64,000 bases of DNA from Phoronis australis (Eukaryota > Animalia > Phoronida), in contig NMRA01000060.1 in the NCBI GenBank assembly GCA_002633005.1, positions 890,315-954,314 on the forward strand. Reading direction: 5' to 3'. Shown piece by piece: positions 11,472 through 23,400 of this stretch. The notes under the pieces are model-generated. The model worked only from the letters and a program-made list of their open reading frames with translations, ran no database searches and was not told the origin of the DNA. Positions within the stretch are counted from its first letter, which is position 1. The number at the start of each line of letters is the position of its first letter. The position numbers were made by a program, and so were the translations under genes.

Positions 11472-14400
11472 ATGCGGCTGTTATTATTTATCGCCTTTTT
11501 GGCTATTGCAAGAGCACAGGTCTTCGAGACGAGTAAGTAGCGTAGCTTCTATGAAAAGTAAACACAGTGCATTGTAATAAAGAGAACATCTCCACTATAA
11601 CATCATATATTTAAGTTTCACTAGAGCACTTTTGGGTTTCTTTGGAATCGACTCTTCTATCAAATTGTAAATGACTTGCATAGGAAAGATATTACGCCTA
11701 AGCTACAATAATCTCATAAACGGACTATTCAACACAGCGTTAACAATCTTCCGTAGAATGAAACTTAAGTCTTGGTCTCTGAAATAAACTATTTTACCTG
11801 TCTATTTCAGACATCGAGGATGAAGTGTATGAGGTAAGTATTGGCTTAGATCCAAGATAAATGCATAATGAGTTTGAAGCTTCTTCAGGAATGGACAAGC
11901 TCAATCACAGCGACACGTAGTGTTTTACCATGTATGAAATTCTACATGTAAATTACATGTCATTTTTAAAATTTTCAAGATGAATCATATACATAGTCAA
12001 GTGAATTTTGAATGTCAAGACTAATAGTTAATAGTTCAGGTCTGTAAGCTATCTATAAGTTGTTCGTGTAATCTCATAGGAGTTGTTAAACCGTCTCACA
12101 TAAAATCGTTATGCGATACCAATTCTTGTTTCTTGCCGTTAGGATGGTGTCCTGACCAAACTGGAAGCCAAGTTCCAAGAAACAGCCGACAAACTGCTTC
12201 AGGCTATCGAAAAAGGAAAATCGGTAAGAACAGTAATCACAATTATACTACTTCGGCTGGACCAACAGCTGAATACTAGGTCCTGGATTCTACACCAACA
12301 CGTAGTTCAATTTGAGCATGATTAATGTCTGATAGTACGTTTTAGATTATTTTATTAAGCGAAAAATCACTCATAATCCCATTTTAGAAACAATGACGTA
12401 TGCCGGAGTCTATCGAAATCTCGAAAAGTGTATCTTTTACGGATATTTTTACAAACTGTCTGCATGCACTATCTGCAGTGCACTTAACAAACTGTTGCAG
12501 ACCGTGCCAGCACTCTTTGCTGAACTTAAACAACTCTACAAAGACTTGCTTGAGATTGACGGAAACGCCAGAGTCTTCGCCAAACAAGTGGTCGCACAAC
12601 TGAAGGAACAGTTGGCCAAGCTGAAGAATAACCACGTGACCCCAGCCGTGAAACTGGTGAAGGATTTCTTGAACAAGGTTTTCAACAGAGGTCAGTGGAT
12701 TTAATTTGTATCTGAACAACACTTGTAGTAAAAACACACAACAATTGAGTCAAATACTGGGATTTGTTTACTGAAGTTACCGACGTTGCGTCCTTCTCAC
12801 GGACTTCAGCATGGGTAGTGATGCTATCATCGTTCTTGCCCATAAGTGGCGTTTTAACCAAAGGAACTCACCACAAAAGCACCGAGATCCTCTCTCTGAG
12901 TAAACGAGTTGGAATAAGGTTCCATCTGTCACACTTATCTGATAGTGTCCGGACCTCGGTGCCGCGTCTTCTACTTAAACGCCACCTATTGGCCACAACT
13001 ATAATAACACCACTAGCTGCTTCGACAAAATCTTTAACCGAAGTTCGTCAATATTGTTTTCCCATGGGAGTGACTTTGGGCATCTTAAATGTACCTTCTT
13101 TAATTTTGCTATAATTTTTACCATAATCTTAACGTTTTCTGGTTTTATTGGGAGAAAATTCACAACTGAGTGTCAAATGTACTTCACAGTGATCGCGACA
13201 GCTTACATTGAAACAAACATGTCCTCTTTATGGCATTTTCCAACACCATCTAATGTTAGTTTCCCCACAAATTTCCATTTTGCCATTCATATATTATTCT
13301 GGGCTTATGTCTAACATTATTGTCATTGACTTGCTTTCACCGCACGTGATTCACGTCCTTCAGCATTTTTCACCAATGACCAGTCGTGGTGACGCCCGGA
13401 AAAATGTTGTGTTCTATTCTAAAATGAATATTTAAGTTAGTTTTTATAAAGTTTGATGCAGTTTATGTAGTCGATCTCAAGATTATTTTATGAGTAATTT
13501 GATCATTTATTGATATTTTGATATATTTCAATGTGTTATTTATTATAACAAAATGTGCCATTGTGGCATTTTAACACTATTCTAACAAAATACTATATTT
13601 CTAATATTTTTTGTGGTAAGTGATGTTTACTGCTACTCGACTTTTCATGCTACCCAAACGTATATTCTGCTTATATTTTCGCAGGTACCAGGGATCTTGA
13701 GTATCAAGTAAGTTTTAACTATGAATTACACAGCAAAATAAAGGTATAGTCTGAACTGATAGCGACGAGTAACATGGCGACCAAAATACTCATTGAAATT
13801 ACTATCACAACATTTATCTTAATTTTCCAAAACAACTACTGCTCGCCAATCTTCCTTAAACATTAAATAATGGGAGTAAGTTTAACAAGTCTATGCACAG
13901 TCTGAAAGTTTGGCATTTATTATTTGGGCATGTTAAATGACGACGGAGCCGAAAGACAGCACAACTGGATCAAAAAGAACCTCTTCTTGACACAGCGAGG
14001 GAAGATTGTTGAGATTAATAACGATTTCGCTCCTACGGAAAATTCTAATTCCTCAATGGCAATTGACAGACCCAGATTAATTTTGTATAAAATCATTGAG
14101 GAGCATTAAAGCGGCCACGCATCAAGATCTGTTAAAGATCCCCGAGGTGTTTATGTAATCTCATATGTGTTGTTAAATCACGAGAGAATGTATAGGGATG
14201 CCAATTATTGTTTCTTGCTGTTAGGATGATGTCCTGACCAAACTGGAAGCCAAGTTCCAAGAAACAGCAGACAAACTGCTTAAGGCCATCGAAAAAGGAA
14301 AATCGGTAAGAACAGTAATCAAAATTATACGACTGCGGCTGAACCGACCTCTGAATACTAGGTCCCGAATTCTACATCAGAAAGTGGAGACATTGGGACT

Positions 14401-17400
14401 TAAATGTAGTGTCATGAGTGCCCGCGTCATTTGCTCGAGGACGCGTGTTTGAGTCCCCTTGGGCCACACTGATAGACCTTTAGTCAAGTTTCTAACTCCT
14501 CACCTAGGTTTAAACAATATGCTAATAAAGCTCAACAATAGGTCCAGTAGATCAGTGCAATGGCCCTACGTATGCGGCCTGCACACGTCTTGTACAACGT
14601 GTACCATGTACCAGACGACTTGCAATAACTCATAACGTTTTGGACTATTTTATAAAACGAAAGTTCATTAATTATTCCATGTTATAAACAATTAAGTATG
14701 CTGTAGACGCTTGCAGTGTTTTACAAATTGTCTGCATGTAACACGAAATCCACAATGCATTGTACATTCTGTCGTAGACCGTGCCAGCTCTCTTTGCTGA
14801 ACTTAGACAACTCTACAAAGACTTACTTGAGATCGACGGAAACGCCAGAGTCTTCGCCAAACAAGTGGTCGCTCAACTGAAGGAACACTTGGCCAAGCTG
14901 AAGAATGACCACGTGACCCCAGCCGTGAAGCTGGTGAAGGAATTCTTGAACAAGGTTTTGAACAGAGGTCAGTGGATTTAGTTTGTATCTGAACAATGCT
15001 TGTAGCACAAACACAGAACAATTGAGTCAAATACTGGAATTTGCTTACTTAAGTTAGCAACGTTGCGTTCGCCCCTCACGGACTTCAGCTTGGGTAGTGA
15101 TGCTATCATCGTTCTGGCCAATAGCAGCGTTTTAACCAAAGGAAATCAACTCAAATACACCGAGAGCCTCTCTCTCTGAATAAACGAGGTGGATTAAGGT
15201 TCCATCTGTCACACTTATGGGATAGTGTCCGGACCTCGATGCCGCGTCGTCTACTTAAACGCTATTTATTGGCCAGAACTATAACAACACCACTAGCTGC
15301 TTCGACAAAATCTTTATGACAGATTCGTCAATATTGCTTTCCCATAGCATGGAAGTGATTTTGAGCATCATAAATGTGCCCTCTTCAATTTTGCTATAAT
15401 TTTTACCATAATCTTAACGTTTTCTGGTTTTATTGGGAGAAAATGCACAAATGAGTGTAAAATGTATTTCACAGTGATCGCGACAGCTTACATTGAAACA
15501 AACATGTCCTCTTTATGGCATTTTCCAACACCATCTAATGTTGGTTCCCCCCAAATTCTCATTTTGCCATTGATATATTATTCTGGGGTTATGTCTAACA
15601 TTATTGTCATTGCCTTGCTTTCACCGCACGTGCTTCACGTCCTTCAGCATTCTTCACCAATGACCAAACGTGGTGACGCCCGGAACAATGTTGTGTTCTA
15701 TTCTAAAACGAATATTTAAGTTAGTTTTTATAGAGTTTTATGTAGTTTATGTAGTCGATGTAAAGATTATTTTATGAGTAATTTGATCATTTATTGCTAT
15801 TTTGATATATTTTAATGTGTTATTTACTTTAACAAAATGTGCCATTGTGGCATTTTAACACTATTCTAACAAAATGCTATGTTTCTAATAATTTTTTGTG
15901 GTAAGTGATGTTTACTTATACTCGACTTTTCATGCTACCCGAACGTATATTCTGTTTATATTTTCGCAGGTACCAGGGATCTTGAATATGAAGTAAGTTT
16001 TAACTATGAATTACACAGCAAAATAAAGGTATAGTCTGAAGTGATAGCGACGAGTAACATGGCGACCAAAATACTCATTTAAATTATTATCACAAATTTA
16101 TCTTAATTTTCCAAAACAACTACTGCTCGCCAATCTTCCTTAAGCCTTAAATGATGGGAGTAAGTTTAGCAAGTTTTTGCACAGTCTGAAAGTTTGGCAT
16201 TTATTATTTGGGCATGTTAAATGACGGCGGAGCCGAAAGACAGCACAACTGGATCAAAAAGAACCCCTTTTTGACACAGCGAGGGAAAATTTTTGAGATT
16301 AATAACGATTTTGCTTCTATTGGAAATTCTAATTCCTCAATGGCAATTGATAGAAGCAGATTTGTATAAAATCGTTGATGAGCATTAAAGCGGCTACGCA
16401 TCAAGATCTGTTAAAGATAATCGAGGTGTTTATGTACCAATTATTGTTTCTTGCTGTTAGGATGGTGTCCTGACCAAACTGGAAGCCAAGTTCCAAGAAA
16501 CAGCGGACAAACTGCTTAAGGCCATCGAAAAGGGAAAATCGGTAAGAACAGTAATCAAAATTATACGACTGCGGCTGAACCGACCTCTGAATACTAGGTC
16601 CCGAATTCTACATCAGAAAGTGGAGACATTGGGACATAAATGTAGGGTGATGGGTGGCCGCGTCATTTGCTCTAGGACGTGTGTTTGAGTCCCAGTGGGC
16701 CACACTGATAGACACTTTAGTCAAGTTTCTAGCTCCTCACCTCGGTTTAAACAATATGTTAATAAAGCTCAACAATGGATCCAGGTGATCAGTGCAATGG
16801 CCCCACGTATGCGGCCTGCACACTTCTGGTACAACGTGTACCATGTACCAGACGACCTGCAATAACTCAGAACGTTTTGGACTATTTTATAAAACGGAAG
16901 TTCATTAATCATTCCATGTTATAAACAGTTAAGTATGCTGTAGACCCTTGCCGCGTTTTACAAATTGTCTGCATGTAACACGCAATCCACAATGCACTGT
17001 ACATACTGTTGTAGACCGTGCCAGCTCTCTTTGCTGAACTTAGACAACTCTACAAAGACTTGCTTGAGATCGACGGAAACGCCAGAGTCTTCGCCAAACA
17101 AGTGGTCGCTCAACTGAAGGAACACTTGGCCAAGCTGAAAAAAGAACATGTGACTCCAGCGGTGAAACTGGTGAAGGACTTCTTGAACAGGGTTCTCAAC
17201 AGAGGTCAGTGGATTTAGTTTGTATCTGAACAATGTTTGTAGTACTGCAAACTTTTATGAGGATTTGCATGGGCCTGTAGCCTACACGAATAACATCGAG
17301 AGACAATGACCTTGAGCTAGCCTCAGAATAAAAAGGCGAACATGCGTTCTCTGTGGCATTGAATCAAATGCACGAAAACCACGGTGTTCTCTTTTAAATT

Positions 17401-20400
17401 ATAAGTTTTTATTGTTCTATTGTGACGTACAATGGTAACTCTTACAGGTACCCGACAAACCGACGCCATCGCTACACTTGAGCAGAAGTTGAAGGAAACA
17501 AGCGATAAGCTGGTTAAAGCCATCACTGAGGGGAAACAGGTAAGGACCACGGTTGATTACAGGATAATGTCTTGAAATGTCTGAAACCATATTCGAGCTT
17601 AGGCAGTGTAAGCATTACTGATGGACAGATCCAACCCTGACGAATAAGAATTTGTCGACACGAGCTTCGTTGGAAGCTCATGAACACGGGTAAATTTGAA
17701 ATTTCAACAAAACATGACTTAAACAGTTTGACTGAGTTCATAACTCGTTATCCACACAGGGAGTGTTGAAACTGTTTGCTGAATTCCGTCAATTGTACAA
17801 AGATCTCACCGCCATCGACGGAAAAGCTAGAGTGTTCGCTAAAGACCTCGCTGAAAAAGTGAAAGTTGCCATTCAGAAAGTTAAAGATGAACACCTCAGC
17901 CCCGCATTGACGCTCATCAAAAACTTCTTCGACAAAATCTTTAACAGAGGTTCGTCAATATTGTTTTCCAATAAAGTGGGTGTGACTTTTGGCATCATAA
18001 ATGTTGCCCTCTTTATTTTAGTGTAAGGTTTGCCGTCATTTTAATTTTCACTGGTTTGTATTGGTTGAAAATGNNNNNNNNNNNNNNNNNNNNNNNNNNN
18101 NNNNNNNNNNNNNNNNNNNNNNNNNNNNNNNNNNNNNNNNNNNNNNNNNNNNNNNNNNNNNNNNNNNNNNNNNNNNNNNNNNNNNNNNNNNNNNNNNNNN
18201 NNNNNNNNNNNNNNNNNNNNNNNNNNNNNNNNNNNNNNNNNNNNNNNNNNNNNNNNNNNNNNNNNNNNNNNNNNNNNNNNNNNNNNNNNNNNNNNNNNNN
18301 NNNNNNNNNNNNNNNNNNNNNNNNNNNNNNNNNNNNNNNNNNNNNNNNNNNNNNNNNNNNNNNNNNNNNNNNNNNNNNNNNNNNNNNNNNNNNNNNNNNN
18401 NNNNNNNNNNNNNNNNNNNNNNNNNNNNNNNNNNNNNNNNNNNNNNNNNNNNNNNNNNNNNNNNNNNNNNNNNNNNNNNNNNNNNNNNNNNNNNNNNNNN
18501 NNNNNNNNNNNNNNNNNNNNNNNNNNNNNNNNNNNNNNNNNNNNNNNNNNNNNNNNNNNNNNNNNNNNNNNNNNNNNNNNNNAGAACAATCCTTCCATTG
18601 GGCTGCGAAAGTTTATGAAAACATTGATAGGGAGTTTTTTATTACTTGAAAGCAGGGTTCAGTCAATATCACTAATGACTTATTGCTTATGTTTACTTTA
18701 GGGCATTTCTAAACTTCTGGTTGAGTTCAGAAAGCTATACCAACAACTGAAGGAAATTGGCGGGAATGCAAAGGCGTTCGCTAAGGTTGTCGCCGACAAA
18801 TTAAAGCAAGCTATTGACAAAGTGAAAACTGAACACATCAGCCCTGCTGTGAAACTTGTGAGGGAATTCTTGAAGAAAGTTCTTAATAGAGGTATTGTAA
18901 AGGACTACGATGACCCATCTATACAACCGTTCATGTTTCCACTTACGACTTTTTGTTGAACTGAGGATCAAACCGCAATTAAAACTTTCTAGAGAATTGA
19001 ACATTAGTTCACGTAAATGACTTGTGAACAATTTCAGGTAGCTCTTTAGCAGCCTGTCGTGTCAGTTACACACATTACGCCAACCAAACAAAGGCTGGGT
19101 ATTGATATGGATAATACTGGCGACAAAAAAAATTAACTAACCTTATACTACTATTGCAGCTCTTAAGTTTTACAGTTTTTAAACTTGTTACTTTTGCACT
19201 TATGTTTGGGGAAAATACCGAGGTATTTTATCACAAAATTTCGATTTCAGGTACCAGAGATGTCGTTTCTGATCTTGAGAAGAAATTGGTCGAAGCAACA
19301 ACGAAACTGACAACAGCCATCGAAACCGGAAAAGGGGTACTCCGAATTAAATCATTCTAAAAACAATAATTATACTTCAATGTAGCGGTGACAAGCATGT
19401 AGCGACATAAGAGATTTCTTTAGATGGCGATAGAGTTTTCGTGAACGCCGTTCAGCGTTACCTTCAGTTCACCTGTGTTGGGTTTAGGCAGGAAGGTTTC
19501 AAGTCATGTCTGAATATTCCTTCTATGATATTCTACTGATTCCCTAAAAATGAAGTTAACATACTGAAATTCTTGTTATTGACTAATCATCTCAGTCAGA
19601 AATTCCACTCAACCATATGTGATCAAATACAACACATAGTGTGTACAACTAGACTGCATGAGTAAATTGACGTCCATTTCTTCAAAGAAAGTTTCCTTAT
19701 TGAAAACTTGTATCAATGCACGAAAAACTAATTGATCTACACCAGGAATTAAAGCATGCCTGAAACTAAGGTTAGGAAATTAACAAAATTCCAGAATGTT
19801 CTGAAAGCGTTTGCTGAGTTCCGTCAGCTTTACAAAGACCTCCTCGAGATCGACGCTGGTGCCAAGGTTTTCGCCAAAACATTAACGCAGAAGATCAAAG
19901 AAGCCATTGAGAAAGCTAAGAATGACCACATTTCACCAGCCGTCGCTGCGGTCAAAAGGTTCATCGATGCTGTTTTTGGTAGAGGTGAGAAACATTGATT
20001 TTTAGTAAGAGATGACTAAAGTTCACAGTCAGAAAAGATATCCACATTGATAAGTTTGTCACCGACAAACTAATCCAATTTTTAAAGACTTTTACCCTTC
20101 TATACTTTCGGTGCAAATGCTCTTAAAATAAGCTTAATGCTAGTGAAGTGCTTTAGACCCAAAATTATGCACTTTTTCATAAAAATATAAAAATTGGTGT
20201 ACTTCCTAATTTAGGTTTATCAAAATCAGCCTAGGTACCCATCACAATCACCGTGGTAACTATCCGCCACCTTGTATATGAAAAAGCTGATTCATCAATT
20301 TTAACATGTTATATTACATTTTGTAACAAAAATCGTAACTTTTGCATCCAGTCATAATGAAGATATCGCACAAAAATTTTATGCAAAAAATCAACAAAGA

Positions 20401-23400
20401 AAGGTGGCCGCTCTGTGGTATTGCATTTCATTATGGTTGCCAGATTTTCATAAGCATACTCGCTCTTGCTTATTCAAAAACGGTAATACTGCCACAACTT
20501 TTTATCAATACCCTGCCCCCATTTATCTGAAAAGCTGAAAAAGAGGTGGAATGTAATTCCGGCAATCACATCAGCTGGGATCGAGTATTATCCCAAGTTC
20601 CTTCCGATTGCTCCAAGATCGACTGCATAGTCCATCACGTGGTGATTATTCAAATGGATAAAATTGACTAAGAAAAACTTCATCATTTTTTTTATTAAAG
20701 TTGCTGTCTCAGGATCATTTTTGAACAATTCTGAGGTGCTAAGGTACTTTATCACGAACTTTCGATTGCAGGCACCAGAGACGTCATTTCAGATCTGGAG
20801 AAGAAATTGGTCGAAGCAACAACAAAACTGACAACTGCCATCGAAACCGGCAAAGGGGTACTCCGAATTAATTCATTTTAAATATAATAGGCATTTCTCA
20901 AACTCTCGGAATCATGCATGCAATGCCATAAGCTACCCGTTAAATCTTGATACAGACTGTATAGTGTTGGTGAAGAACGTTAAGCGTCACCATCAATTCA
21001 CCTGTGATGAATGTAGGCAAGAATATTGCGACCCGTTTCGTTGTGGTTAGCGCGACCGTCTTGCGTAAGAAGTTTGAGTGAAGCAATAGTCGCTTTCGTG
21101 TTTTCACTCCGCAAGTTTTGTAAGCCGGATGTTTTGGATTTATTTTTGATGAAACATATTAGTATAAATTTAGGCTCAAATGTCTTTGATCAAATACAGC
21201 ACCTGCTCTGTTCAAAGTTGTACAACTAAACTGCGTGGAAAATTGATGCATCTTTTTCTAGAGAGTTCCTGCGGGTAGATAGTATGAAATACAGCATGTC
21301 AAACTATGAAACGTGACTGCATGTCAAGCTGCTTGTATTCCACCAGAAATATTGTTAAAGCCTGAAACTATAGTTAAGAAATTTACAACCTTCCAGAGCG
21401 TTCTGAAAGCGTTTGCTGAGTTCCGTCAGCTTTACAAAGACCTCCTTGAGATCGACGCTGGTGCCAAGGTTTTTGCCAAAACATTAGCGCAGAAGGTCAA
21501 AGAAGCCATTGAAAATGCTAAGAATGACCACATTACACCTGCCATCGCTGCAGTCAAAAGGTTCATCGATGTTGTTTTTGGGAGAGGTGAGACCTACTGA
21601 TTTTTAGTAAGATATAACTAACGTTCACAGTCAGTAAAGATATCCACCTTGTTAAGTTTGTCAGCGACAAACTTAACAAATCTTTTAAAGGTTTTTACCC
21701 TGCTATATGTTCGGTGCAATTGATCTTAAAATAAGCTTAATGTCAGAAAGTGCTTTAGACCCAAAGTTGAGCACTTTTAATAAAGATATGAAAATTGGTG
21801 TACTTCATGATTTAGGCTCATCAAAATCAGTCTAGACATCCCTCACAATCACCGTGGTAACCATCCGCCATCTTGGTTATGAAATATCTGATTTATCAAC
21901 TTTAGCCTTTTATATTACATTTTGTAATAAAAATCATAACTGTCATATCGAGTCAAAATGAAGATATGGCACAAAGATTTTATACAAAAAATCAACAAAG
22001 AAAGGTGGTCGCACAGGCGTATTGCATTTCAATATAGTTGCCAGATTCTCATAAGCATACTCGCTCTTGCTTATTAAAAAGGATAATACTGCCACAATTT
22101 TTAACAATACCCTGCCCCCATGTATCTGACAAGCTGAAAAAGAGGTGGAATGTGATTCAGCCTATCACATCAGCTGGGTTCGAGTATTATCCCGAATTTC
22201 TTCCGTTTGCTCCAAGATTGACAGCATAGTACACCACGTGGTGATTATTCAAATGCATAAAACTGACTAAGAAAAACGTCACCATTTTTTATAAAAATTG
22301 CTGTTTAGGATTATTTTTGAACACTTCTGAGGTACTAAGATGCTTTATCACAAACTTTCGATTGCAGGCACCAGAGACGTCATTTCTGATCTGGAGAAGA
22401 AATTGGTCGAAGCAACAACAAAACTGACAACCGCCATCGAAACCGGCAAAGGGGTACTCCGAATTAATTCATTTTAAATATAATAGGCATTTCCCAATAC
22501 CTCGGAATCATGTATGGAATGACATATGCTATTCCGTAATTGCTGATAGAGTGTTGGTGAACAACGTTAAGCGTCACCTTCAATTCATCTGTGATGGATG
22601 TAGACAGGGATATTGCAAACTGTTTCGTCGTAGTTTTCGCAACCGTCTTGCGTAAGAAATTTTAGTGAAGCAAAAGTCGCTTTCGTGTTTTCACTCCTCA
22701 AGTTCTGTTCTATACCGGATGTTTTGGATTTATTTTTGATGGAACATATCAGTAGAAATTTAGACTCAAATGTCTTTGATCAAATGCAGCACTTGCTCTG
22801 TGCAAAGTTGTACAACTAGACTGCGTGGGATATTAATGCACCTTTTTCTAAAGAGTTCCTGCGGTTAGATATTATGAAATACAGCATGTCAAACTATGAA
22901 ACGTGACTGCATGTCAAGCTCTTTGTATTCCACCAGAAATAATGTCTAAGCCTGAAATTACCGTTAAGAAATTTACAATATTCCAGAGCGTTCTGAAAGC
23001 GTTTGCCGAGTTCCGTCAGCTTTACAAAGACCTCCTTGAGATCGACGCTGGTGCCAAGGTTTTCGCCAAAACATTAGCTCAGAAAGTCAAAGAATCCATT
23101 GAAAATGCTAAGAATAACCACATTACACCTGCCGTCGCTGCAGTCAAAAGGTTCATCGATGCCGTCTTTCGCAGAGGTGAGTTTCATTGCTTTGAGTAAG
23201 AAATGTCAAACCTTCACATTGAGCAAGATATCTGCCTTTGTGTTTATTTTTTTTCTGCCGCTTACTCATTAAATCTGCTATAGCCATAATTCATATATTC
23301 ATTAAAATATCTAGAAAATATCCTAGGTCTTTCAACGATTGTACCGCGCACGTGTGTGACACGCTGAGCTAACAATATGTCCTACAATTTTCTTGTGTCG

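Noticed and set aside
18041-18649. Long ORFs of 185-197 aa in the ORF track
   Set aside because: Artefacts of translating through N.
12393-23199. Repeat ORFs as a cluster of separate small genes
   Set aside because: Only one signal-peptide exon and one terminal exon/polyA signal were found, and all internal exons are bounded by phase-compatible splice sites.
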